Below the pieces are notes generated by a model. It saw only the letters and a program-made list of their open reading frames with translations. It made no database searches and was not told the origin of the DNA. This document shows, piece by piece, positions 13,598-24,844 of a DNA stretch of 64,000 nucleotides. Positions within the stretch are counted from its first letter, which is position 1. Each line of letters begins with the position of its first letter. The stretch lies in NCBI RefSeq assembly GCF_001949145.1, contig NW_019091355.1:804083-868082 (forward strand). The letters run 5' to 3'. This stretch comes from Acanthaster planci (lineage: Eukaryota). Position numbers and translations under genes: made by a program.

Positions 13598-16500
13598 ATG
13601 TCAGTTGCCGTGTGTGAACCTCCAGCAGACAGGGTACGATCACTAGCCTCCTTAGGCTCAGCTGTGGAGGTAGACCATAACGTGCCTGTCATTAGATACT
13701 TCAGATCTGGCAAAGAAATGATGAGGATGGTAAGTCCATAATCTAATTGGCCAAGAACTTTCATAAAGTGTCTTTGAAAAAAAGAAGAAAGAACGTATAT
13801 AAATATTCATGTATTTTGTATTTTCTTCAGGATAATATCCTTACCCATATGCCCTGCCCTTGTAGTTTTTCCCTCAAGTATTATGTAACTATTTTTCCAG
13901 GCTGATGTTTACTATGAGGAACATAATTATGAACATGCCTTCATCCTGTACTCCAAATTCATCACGTGAGTTTTTTTCCTTGCTTTCTAGTCAATGTTAA
14001 GAGTAGGCTTTATTTAGGAGAAGGGACTTGGATGCGTCTTCAAACTTCATAAGTATCTCAGATTCCAACAGTCCCAATGTCTTTGAGAATCCATTATTTA
14101 CTTGTGGAAGATTTCTTAGAATTGAGGAAGATACATGTTGAATCCTACACTGCCACAATTTTTTAACAGTACATGTGGCTTAATGCTCCAAGAAAGTTGA
14201 AATGCAAAGAATTGGCCATTGGTTTCCTGTAGTGTGGAGGATTTGTAGTATTTTTGAGGGTTCAAGAAGATTGCTTGTACAAGTAACCAGGGAGCTTGCA
14301 AAAATAACATCTGTTTGTACACATTACATTTGTTCTCTGTCAGTGTTGTAAACGTGAACAATGATCATATAAAAATACTTCTCAGCCGTCTATTTGTGCA
14401 CAATTCCACATGACCTTGAATTGCTGAGATTTATTACAGTATTTCACACAGATCAAGCATATGGTGCCTTGTTATGTTAGCCTTCAGGAATTTTACAGCA
14501 AATTATTTTACATGTACATGTATGTATCCAAATGGGCAATGAACCCACTTAAGTCTGGTTAAGTCTGATATCATCTCCATATTTGCTATTGCTAGAATGG
14601 TCTTCATTGTGTGCCTTCAGAGATTGAACTTTGACCTTGTGTAACACTGACTGTACAAATGCAGTACCATGAACATGCAAACATGCATGAGTGAATCAGT
14701 GGTCTAAATATAGACGATGAGGTAATGTGTATACACGTTGGGGATGCCAGTCATTGCTTAATACATCTGAGTGGTAATATGCATGTATCTAGAAATAAAG
14801 ACTCTTTCAAATTCTACATATTCTCAGACCAACATTTGGACAGTGATTTTAGAAGCACCACCATGGAATTGACAGATGAACATCTTTTTCTTTTTCTCTG
14901 CACCCTCAGTATTTTTGTGGAGAAGTTACCCAAACATCCTCTGTATAAACAAGCGCGATCGGAGGACATTAGAGAAACCAAGAAGGTACAGCTGGTTCAG
15001 GATTTCTTCATTTATTTCAAAATCGTTTGTTTTATCTCTTTTACATCAATTTTAAGCTATCATAAGGCCAAACAAAACAATAGCTGTGTTTCCATTTACC
15101 CGACCCAACCTAAGATATCACATGGGACCTATATCTTTTTATTCATCAAATCAATAAAATCAAAAAACTTGTAGTGCCTTGCCCCGAGCCTAATTTTGTG
15201 TACATCGTCCTGCACATTGTATTATTCTAAATTTTTTTTCATGAGATGGACAGCTCTTGTGTGTTTGTATTTCAACAACCAGCTGCTTTACAACATATAT
15301 TCAATCACAGTGCTGATATGTAATATTGACGTGCACTTGTTCAGTAATAAATCTGACACTGACTTAGTACCTGTTACAAATATATGCCCTCCCCTAAAAA
15401 AAATACAGACCATCATCCCACCCTAATTTTTTTGGCCATAAAAATTTAGAGTAAAAAAAAAATTGTACCCAACCGACCACGCTAATTTATTTTTTCAGTG
15501 TAATAGGAAACACATGTAGTTGTTTTGTTTGGCCTAATCAGAAATACACTCTGTAACGAGTATGTCAAAAAACATGTAATTAGTTCATGAATGTACAGCA
15601 TAATTACTGTTAATTTTCCTGGGACTTAAGTTCTTAGTTTTGCTGTTTTAAGTCATTTAGGTGTCTCCCTCAAATGACATCACACTTTTGTTCATAAATA
15701 TGCAAATTTGCATTAGTGTAAAATTCAAAAAGGCACCAAAATATTCGTTAAGTGGCAAGTTGTTTGTATGGCGGCTGCAGCAAAAAAATTGTTTTCATTG
15801 CATTTAAAGGAACTTCATGGCCCATAAAAATATCTGCTCAGGGTTGGATTTTAATGCATCCAGGAAGTTCCTGAATAAATAGTGAGGTGTTAATGGTCAC
15901 ATCATGTCAGCTTTGTAGAAGTCTGAGAAAGATGATAACTGCGAGTAGGATGTGGGCTGAAACAGGACATTTTAAATGTATGTTTGTGTCTAGAATTACT
16001 AATGCATGTTTCCAGCCCTTTGTTACAAAATGCTATTCCAAACAGGGCAATATTATACATTTTTCCTCCTTTGCAGAAAGTCAAGCTAGCTTTTCCCAAA
16101 GCAGAGGATACCAAAGCTAAGCTTAAGCAGAAGTATGACAAGGAATACCAAATATGGGAAGAAAAAGAGGTGAGAAATCAAATAAGAGTGGCTAGCAAGT
16201 GGTTAGGAATAAAAAATTATCCAGACTTAGCAGAATCTTTCTCAATGGCAAAACAAATTTTTTGGCCTTTGAAAAAGATTCTGCTAGGATTGAAATGCCA
16301 CGCCCTCCTTGGTTGTGATTTGTATTTTAGGTCACTGTAGCCAGCATGCAGTTTGCTGCGGTTTTGTGTGACATTATTATCCAGACTGGGTTGGTGTAGT
16401 TGATCAAAGCAAGAAACAAAGTTGCCAGTACCCGTTGTGAAGATCTGAGGGCCTTACAGGTACATGTAGCTGGCTTGCTTGTTGTTGGATGCTGTTGAAT

Positions 16501-19101
16501 TTCAGCCCATGCAACACTTCTTCTCGGTAGTTTATGTTAAATAAACGTATAGCGGGACACACACATGATTCTGTGGGCTCCAGCAGGCTGGACAGTTTTC
16601 TCTCATTCAACTCTGTCGTATTCAGCCGTCTTAACTGCTGGGTAGATTCAGCACGCTTCACATTTTGCTGCTGTAGAATGTTTGATAGAGCAGTGGAATA
16701 CATTGTGAAAGCTTGGTTGGGTGTAAAAAGTAAACTCTGCTTTTGAATCAATTGATTAACTTTATTGTGAGTATGTTCTCATAAATCTGTGGATTTCTGT
16801 CGGCTGTCCAGTGGGCTGCAAGACTTCAAAGGGTTTCAGAAATGAGATTTCTGATATTACAGAAACAAAGACTCGCAGAGGAAGAACGCTTGCGAAAGGA
16901 ACAAGAGAAATGGAATGCAGAGCAGAGGCGGAGACATGAAGAGGAAGAGGAGGAGAGAAGACAACTCCAGGAGGCTAGAGAACGATCCTTGATAGAGGAA
17001 CAGCAGCGTCAGATAGAAGAACAAAGACAAGCTATCCTTGAAGAGCAGCGACGAGCAAAGGAGAGAGAGGAAGGTGAGAAGCGAGCATTAGCAGCACAAG
17101 CAGCAGCGACGGCAGCAGCAATAGCAGCAGAGGGTGATGCCATGCCCTCAGCTCCATCCCCTGGAATACCTCCTCCATCGTACGAAGCTGTGGAGGCTGG
17201 TGGCTACTCCGTCTACAAGCCTGCCGATGATTCCATCAGCCCGAGAGGGCAAGTAAGGTAAGAAAATTACCAAACCTCTTGTCTCATTTTCACTTAACCC
17301 TAACCCTCCTCAATCCTTCACCTGTTGGAGGACTGAGGAGTGTTAGGGTTAAGGTAACAACCATGGTCAAGTGAGAACACAGACTAAGGTTGTTTGTCCT
17401 AAGTTGATTGATGCAGTTATCAATTTGCTAGGTGCAGCAATGTTTCTCGGTGCTTAGTACATGTACTTGTAGTGAGGAGTTTGCAGTGTCAAACTTGCAG
17501 CCGTAATTTTTCGCTAACAAGCATTTTCTTATCCCACATTGTTGATTTCTGTCATCCAGCCCAGCGCCACCGACATTTGATCGTAGCCTCAAGGTCGACC
17601 GGTCAACCAAGCCCTCTCACTTGCTGAGTACTGTACCCAGTTCCAAGAATCGCTATGGGCTTAGAGACCTGTTTGTTCCCATGGACACGGTGGAGAGATT
17701 CTTAACGTTAGCCAGTCTCAACACAGCCAAGAACCTAGAGACTTGCGGCATCCTAGCTGGTAAATTGGTAAGCAAAAACAACAGATCAGAGGGGTGTAGC
17801 TTCCTTTCAAGACAAACTAATTTTGGCGTCTTACATGAACAAGAGAGCAACAATTGCTCTTGCAGTAACACACGGCATGCATGTTCTAGCATGGATGCCA
17901 TCACATAGCACCATTTGTGTTCAAACTTAGCATGATATTCCAAGGAAAATTGGAAGAACCTGATTGGGATGAAATTTCAATTCACATGACAACCTGGTTG
18001 GGATTTGAACCTGGCTCACTGAGTTGACAGCCTTTGCAACTTGAATGAAATTTTTTTTTTTGGCTTACAGTCCCACGATGCATTCACCATCACACACATT
18101 GTTGTACCTAAGCAGACATCAACATCAGACTCCTGCACAGCGTTGAATGAAGGCGAAATCTTTGATGTCATGGACATGAAAGACCTCATAACACTAGGAT
18201 GGATACATGTGAGTTATAAGCTTCAGCATTAGAGTAGATCATTTGTGACCACAGACAAACCAAAAGTGGTGTGTCCTTGCTTTCGTGCAGTTCAGAAATA
18301 GGGATATTTGAGTAAAGTTTCTTTCAATGAGGATCTTTCTTGGAGTTTGGAAGTTAAAGGACAGAGTTTCAAGCATGTGATTTTTTCCTCTTAGACGCAT
18401 CCCACTCAGACAGCGTTCATGTCCAGTATCGATCTCCATACACACTGTCCATACCAAGTCATGATGGCAGAAGCCATCGCTATCGTATGTGCTCCAGCCC
18501 ACAAGGAGTAAGTACTCAAAGATTTTTAAACCTTGGCCCGATCATCAGTCCATATATTTTAGCATCCAGCCCCAGGATTTGCCCAAAATTTTGAAGTATT
18601 CAGGGCCTAGATAACAGGTGTTCTGTATGGGCTTTGGTGTCCTTGTTTGGTTTCGGCCCTGGGTGTTAAAGCCCCCCTTTCTGGAAACAGAGTAGAAACT
18701 CGAACACTTAGCCGCATCCAAGTTTTTAGATTTTCAGATGAAAGTATATCATGCATTTTGCATGTCATATAAAGTTAAGCCATGGTAGATTTGAAGTTAC
18801 GAGTCAGTAGCATCATTTCAGAGTCCTTGGTGGTCTGATTATTGTTGTAGACACTCAAAATACAATTCTGAATGATGTGTCATTGTAATAATCTATTTCT
18901 GTTGTTCCACCGTTCTTCACTTCCCCCACCCCCATCAGGACCGGTTATTTCTCCCTTACACCTGACTACGGCGTAGGTTTCATCAGTAATTGCAAAGAGT
19001 TGGGGTTCCATCCCCACCCCTCCCAACCACCCATCTATGAAGAAGGCAAGCACGTCAAGATTGCCCGCGACGTGTCCATTCAAGTCATCGATATGCGGTG
19101 A
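13598..19101 (+). CDS. STAMBP: STAM-binding protein / AMSH (JAMM/MPN+ K63 deubiquitinase), 9 coding exons, ~460 aa
   Basis: Exons 13598-13729, 13901-13965, 14910-14985, 16077-16169, 16863-17257, 17560-17767, 18071-18208, 18395-18507, 18939-19101; total 1383 nt in frame. N-terminal MIT/USP8-like region ([21 protein letters not shown]), charged coiled-coil, VDRSTKP SH3-binding motif, [14 protein letters not shown] motif [26 protein letters not shown]. Confidence 0.96.
15066..15534. mobile_element. Non-autonomous PIF/Harbinger-like MITE in a STAMBP intron
   Basis: ~30-bp imperfect TIRs GGCCAAACAAAACAA...TGTGTTTCC; TAA duplicated on both flanks (15063-65, 15535-37). Confidence 0.7.
17298..17348. 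mobile_element. Tiny piggyBac-like foldback element
   Basis: TTAA-CCCTAAC..CTCCTCA...TGAGGAG..GTTAGGG-TTAA: a near-complete hairpin with TTAA on both sides. Confidence 0.5.
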
Positions 19102-21936
19102 CGTAAGGCCCCTTGGGTAATCGATACAGTTCTGTGTCCGTTTGACGAGATTTTACGGCCCCCCTCCACCACACCTCAGATGCCCCGCCGTGCACATTAA
19201 GCAACAGTTCATATGAAACACTTCAAGCTGATGGCACCTAACTCTCTGTACTCTAATACCCAGAAAAGGAATTATATCTGCCTGGATTTGAATTACATGG
19301 CTACGACTAGCAGTCACACAAGTCTATGGACAAAGGCTACAGCCGGTAGCAAGTGGTTCTCATACATGCGTATGTTTATCCTAGCCTTAGCCAGTAATTT
19401 CGATGCAACCTCAGTAATCCATTATGGCTAGGATACCTTTGCTAGAGTGTTTTACTAATCACATTTTTAGTATATTTTCACCAAAGCACACTGGTTGATC
19501 ATGGCTTTTCTTTTTGAATGAAAAGAATTTCATTTTGAACAGTTGTCGAATTGTTTTAATCAACTTTAGTAAATTGCTGACCTTTGACCTTTGATTAAAA
19601 TATAACCCGATTGGACCATGTAGAAACCTACATTGCATCGGTTCGCAATTTTGCTGCCTGTGCCGTGGAATAATGAAACATAACTTTTTGAAGTCTTATG
19701 TAAATGAAACAAACAGTGTGACACACATCTGAACAACTCAACTAAGATACAGAATGAAGGAAAGTTTTCTTGGTGAAAAATTTCCTTCCTTATTGGAATT
19801 TTGGTCATGAGATACAAGACATGATCATGTCATTTCTCAATACGTCTGTTCACCCTTTTACACGTGTTACAGTGTAAGATTTTTAATTTACAGTGAAATT
19901 CTTCTTAACTCTAGAATGTGAACAGGTTATTCATCCCAAGTTCATAACATCAATGTCATAAATACAGCTTGGTTGAAGTACATCAAATGTTGTAGGTTGC
20001 AGAGTGTCAAGTGTTTGATAGCTGGTGCCACAGGTAGGCAAGACTTCTGCATACAGCCTTGTATTAAAGTTGGTGTATTAGAGACACAACCGTCTTTCTT
20101 CATAAATCCTTAATCACAAGAGGTCAGAAATGAAAGCTGCTTCTGCCATTCTGTCCAACCCAACATTAACCCAAAAAATCCTCAAATTCTTTCTTTGGAT
20201 GTGTGATGACATTGTCACACATTTCTGACAAGTTGTATGATTATTATTATTTTTTTTAATGTGTTGTATCAGACAACATTTCTGGGTTATCGTTGGTTGT
20301 TTAAGCTTCATCTCCGGGCATTGATCAAACACCATTGTAACCTTTTTGGAGAGGAGAAAGTCCATATTCCAAGTGGTTTATTTGGAAATACATTTCAAGA
20401 AGTGGATACATTATACAGAGTTTACAAAGATGCTTAACTTGAGATAAACATTTGACCTCATCAATAACCACATTGTAGTTGAACCGGACTTCATTTGCAT
20501 GTAATAGCAGTACTGATAAGTAAAGTTTTATGACCTACCTGTAACCACCAAAGAAAAAATCGGGAGGTTTTTGCAATCAGAGAGGTGTTGGGGCCTCAAA
20601 GGGGAGGAGTTGGGGCTTTGTTCCTCAGAGTGGGTAACATGTATATTAAACATTTTATTAGGAGAAAAGTCAGCCATTTTAGTTACGGTTGTATCGTGTG
20701 TCTGTGCAACGTGTGAAAAAAAGTAAGAGTAATTTCAAAGGTCAAGGGTCAGTACGACTGAGAAATGTGTTCCTCTGAAGTAAAACACGGTGGACTGGTA
20801 ATGTGTTGCTTTGAAGACAAACAACCATGCAGTAGAATTGGTTTGGATACATTTGGAAATTGTTTTTAAGTTTTTACATTTTGGCTTCAGTTCAGGAATT
20901 TGATTTTTTTTAAGGTTTGTGTTAACATGTTTTTGTAATAGAAGTTATTGGCTTTACAGTCGGTGTATAACCAAATTTTGTTCATTCTCAATAACCTCTA
21001 TTGGAAGTTAAACATTATGGGTTGTGACATTTGCAAAAAGTTCATAAAAGTCAGCCTCAAATGTTTCTTTTTCAGTGCAACCAATTATTGGCCGACATGT
21101 CCACATGTGTTAAGTAGAATGTTTTTATTTCATTCAATGACCTGTTCAAAGACACTGTTTATATTTGCAGATTTCTTCTGGCGGTCCGGAGCTTTTATAT
21201 ATATGTACATGTACAGTAGATAGTCCTTGGCTGTTTCCAATCCAGTGGGTGCAACATGTTTTGCTATGTGCCAGATAGAACATTGTAGTTCTTCGGTCTC
21301 CCACTGCTGTAGGAAGGACAGCACAGGCAGTTATTGCTGTGGTGGAAATATTGGCAAGGTTTTACAGAAAAAATGAAAGCATCCAGCAAATCATTGCTTT
21401 TGTATTGGCCACGGGGAAGAGTCCGTATGAAATAACAAAACTAATCGGTCTACCAGACCAAAAGAACTGATATATGCACTGTTGTGTTATTGTAGGTTAC
21501 ATTATCTTGTGTATAAATGTACAGTGCATATTGTATATATAGTCATAGCAGGCATATCTTTATTGAGCTGAGACAAATTTATCTTAAAATAGTTACAAAG
21601 TATGACTTGGTTTCAAAAAATGTGAAATGACTTATAAAACGATGAATCGTATCCACGTGTATTCAAGTTGCAAGCCCTCTTTCCTTGAGGTGTTATATTG
21701 AGCAAGACTTCCTGAATAGTAAAGCAAATTTTCTGTCGCGATCTTTGTTTCTTAATTTGCTCGCAAAACTCCTTTTCATTTGTAGACAAAGAAGACACGG
21801 ATTCACAACTGCAAGTTGATTTTTTTTTGGCACAATATTTAATCAAATAATTATACTAATAACTCGGAAAGAAGTCAAGACTTCTTGAGAGTCTGCAAAG
21901 CTTTGCATGTTGTGTCTACACATCCACTCTTCCCGT

Positions 21937-21962
21937 GTCTGCCCGAATGCACAAAGACAGAC
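21937..21962 (-). promoter_or_regulatory. Conserved post-SECIS hairpin, copy A
   Basis: GUCUGUCU-UUGUGCAUUC-GGGCAGAC; loop identical to the copy at 32187-32216. Confidence 0.6.
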
Positions 21963-21969
21963 CTGTTGA

Positions 21970-22030
21970 GAGTAACATCAGAGCAAGGCCCTCGCTGAAA
22001 GCGTTTAAGACTTGCTCATCATTAGCTGTG
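21970..22030 (-). promoter_or_regulatory. SECIS element (type 2) in the GPx A 3'UTR
   Basis: - strand reads AUGAU-GAGCAAG-UCUU-AAA-CGC-UUUCA-GCG-AGGGC-CUUGCUC-UGAU: AUGA/GA core, ~11-bp helix II, unpaired AAA, apical mini-stem. Confidence 0.92.
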
Positions 22031-22686
22031 TAAAACGTACTCCCTCCAAAAAATCTTCAATTCTTTACCGAGTCATCTCAACAAATTTTTAAAAATGCTT
22101 TGCTTTAGTGCCATAATACTTCGTGACAAAATCTTTTGAAATCTTAACAAAATACATGAACTGTTCCCTGTCTATTTGTTCAGAAGTTGAACGATAGTAC
22201 TCCCTCATCATTTAAATTTTTTTTGGGGGGGGGGAATCGGGAGGGGCCAGTTTCATAGAGATGCCAAGCTGAGAATGGTGCTTTACACAAAATGTATTTG
22301 CCTAGAAAACACTTGACTGATTCCCACTGATTTCCACTGAACTGGTACCTTTGGCCATGTCTGAATCACTTGGCTGCAGCTTGAAATTACACAAGTCTAT
22401 GACAGTAGCTGCAGCCAGTTCCCATAGGGTCATGTGGAATTCCAAGCCGTAGCCAAGTGTTTTGAACGTGGCCTTTTGTTCAGGAATACTTTGTGGTTTT
22501 GAACTCAAATAAATTCGTCTCTGAGAAGTGGCTTTTCAAAAGTGGGTGCACAGAATCTGAACTGGGCTTTTGACAACTCTCTGAAAGGGGAAGAAATTTC
22601 ATGGTAAAACAGTAAAGAAAAAGTCAGGCATCTAGAAATCTGATGCAATGCAAAGAGCTAGAGAATGTCTCTGCTTTTGAAAAAAG

Positions 22687-23654
22687 TTACGAGGACTTTT
22701 TGAGCAACAAGTCAATATCCGTCTTCAGCATGGAGGGGCCCACCAGGGGATCGTAGCGCTTATAAGGGATCCCGTTGGAATCGATGAGGAACTTTTGAAA
22801 GTTCCAAGTGATGTCGTTGTTGCTGATGGGAGACCAGTAGAAGTTGGATGGGTCACCAATTTCCTCCTTGACGGCCGGACAGACACTCTTCAGGACGGAA
22901 ATATAAGAGTGTGGAATTATAATTATAGAGCATAAAAATTCCCAGACAAAAGAAGGAAATTTCAGAAAATGTGTTCAATATTTCACTTGCCAAGTCTCAG
23001 CCAATGAAATTTTTAATTAATTTTGTCTTGTCAGCCAAAGACTGAATTAGTAGATCAGTGTTACTGATTTGAGAGTTTGAAAGAACTTGCATTTCAGAGT
23101 TTTGTTTCCTTATGATTTGACACAAAATTTGAAGCCAAAAAGTTGAAACATGTACATCATACATGTATTGTATCCATAAATTGGCACATTCAACTTCGAG
23201 CCACCCGTACCTTCAGTGCTTTGTAGAGTGGATGAGTGTTTTTCCCATTAACTTCAATCTTCTGGTGCATGGGGAATGTCGGTGCAAACCCTCCACCAGG
23301 ACGGACGTACTTGATCAAGTTGAGAATCTCGCCGTTGGCTTCTGGCTCCTGAAGCAGGAACTGGTTGCATGGGAAGGCTAGAATCTCGATCTTTCCCTCG
23401 TACGCCTTTCGGAGTGCATTCAAGGCGGGGTACTGAGGGGTGGCCAGCCCTCAGAAGCTGGCTACGTTGACGATCACCAACACCTTGCCTTTGTACTGGG
23501 ACAGCTTGTAGCTTGACCCGTTGAGCGCAGTGACGGAGATGTCGTAAATGGGCTGCGTCGAGTTACACATGGAGTCCAGGAAAGCCTTCGACCCTCCAGG
23601 CAGAGCCAGGAGGGTCAAAGCGAGCGCCAGGCCCGCTAAACTCGGCCGGTCCAT
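22687..23654 (-). CDS. GPX: Secreted selenocysteine glutathione peroxidase A (GPx1/2/3-type, GPx3-like), 2 exons, ~214 aa, Sec68
   Basis: Exons 23654-23211 and 22887-22687. Signal peptide; VNVASF-TGA(23453-23451)-GLATPQY in frame; [40 protein letters not shown] at 23720-23714 (- strand). Confidence 0.95.
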
Positions 23655-23829
23655 TCCGCTGAACCCAGCAGAATCCTGAGTTTTAGTAACTTTAATTAGA
23701 TCTACGGTCTACCTTTTATAACTTGGGCACAGTGGTTGTTCCATTGTTGTACACACCACAGATCAAGGGTCAACCATACACATAAGTGGTTGTATAATAA
23801 TTTCTTTTTGTTATCGTCTCGCTGGAGCA

Positions 23830-23864
23830 ATCACGTGAAGGATCACGTGCATAGGGATCACGTT
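23830..23864. promoter_or_regulatory. Triple E-box-like cluster upstream of GPx A
   Basis: ATCACGTG (23830), ATCACGTG (23842), ATCACGTT (23857), about 110-145 bp upstream of the TATA box. Confidence 0.4.
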
Positions 23865-24844
23865 GAAATCTGCATATTGTAGCCTCTCTTCGTGCTTGTC
23901 TTCTCATGGTTCGCTTTTCACGACACCACTGAAAGTAGCAATAATTTCGTTATTATCAACAGAAGGTGCTATCCAGTGTATCCAAGATGTTTTCCCTCGA
24001 GACTAGACGCCAGAGACTCACAACCTTTTACAAAATACTACGGCAGGAGATTGACATTGACACTGTAACTTGTACATCAAACCTACGCTGACCAGGTCAG
24101 GAAGTCGCAAAGAAGTCACAACTTGAACATTTAAACAGTTTGAAGTCCATCATCATACATCCAACCCCCACGTTCAGTCTCCCCCCCCCCCCAGAAACCG
24201 TCAGACTCTGGAATAACTCTGTTTTCTCTCAAGCATCAGTAGACAAACCAGCCCCACAGGTTTTTTTTAATCTCTCTTCAGCACAAACTCTATTAAGGCC
24301 TACACAACGGTACAAGTATTGGCCACTGTATACAACGATCTTAAAAACAACGCTAGGGCGCCATCATCAGCCGCCGTACTCTTTGAACTGCCATAGAAGT
24401 TCCAACCTTATTTGGCCGGTGAACGTACATGCATGGTTAAATGATGTATTCAATTTCACTGAGAAATAATTAAACGGCCTCATAGCTACAGTACATAAAG
24501 GCCTAGCGGCGAATGACACCTTATAAATATTCAGGACAGAAAATAATGCCTAGGCCGACTCATTTCTTTACAAAACAAAAAATTCAAGTGAGTTCCGTCA
24601 AGCCAAGTGGCTACACCGGTCCGGCGTGAAGCAACGTGCTCAATTAAGTTCAGCTCAAGTTTATTAATTTTCCTTGATAAAATTCATTAATTTAATTGTG
24701 GGGCCGGGTATTTAATATTCTTAATCGAAATTAAATTCGAAATCAAACTCTCAATCTACATTTTAACTAAACCCACTTGCATCTGTCGATTAGCCCTCGC
24801 AACTTCTTGAATAAGTCTAAATCTAAACCGTATATATGAAATGT

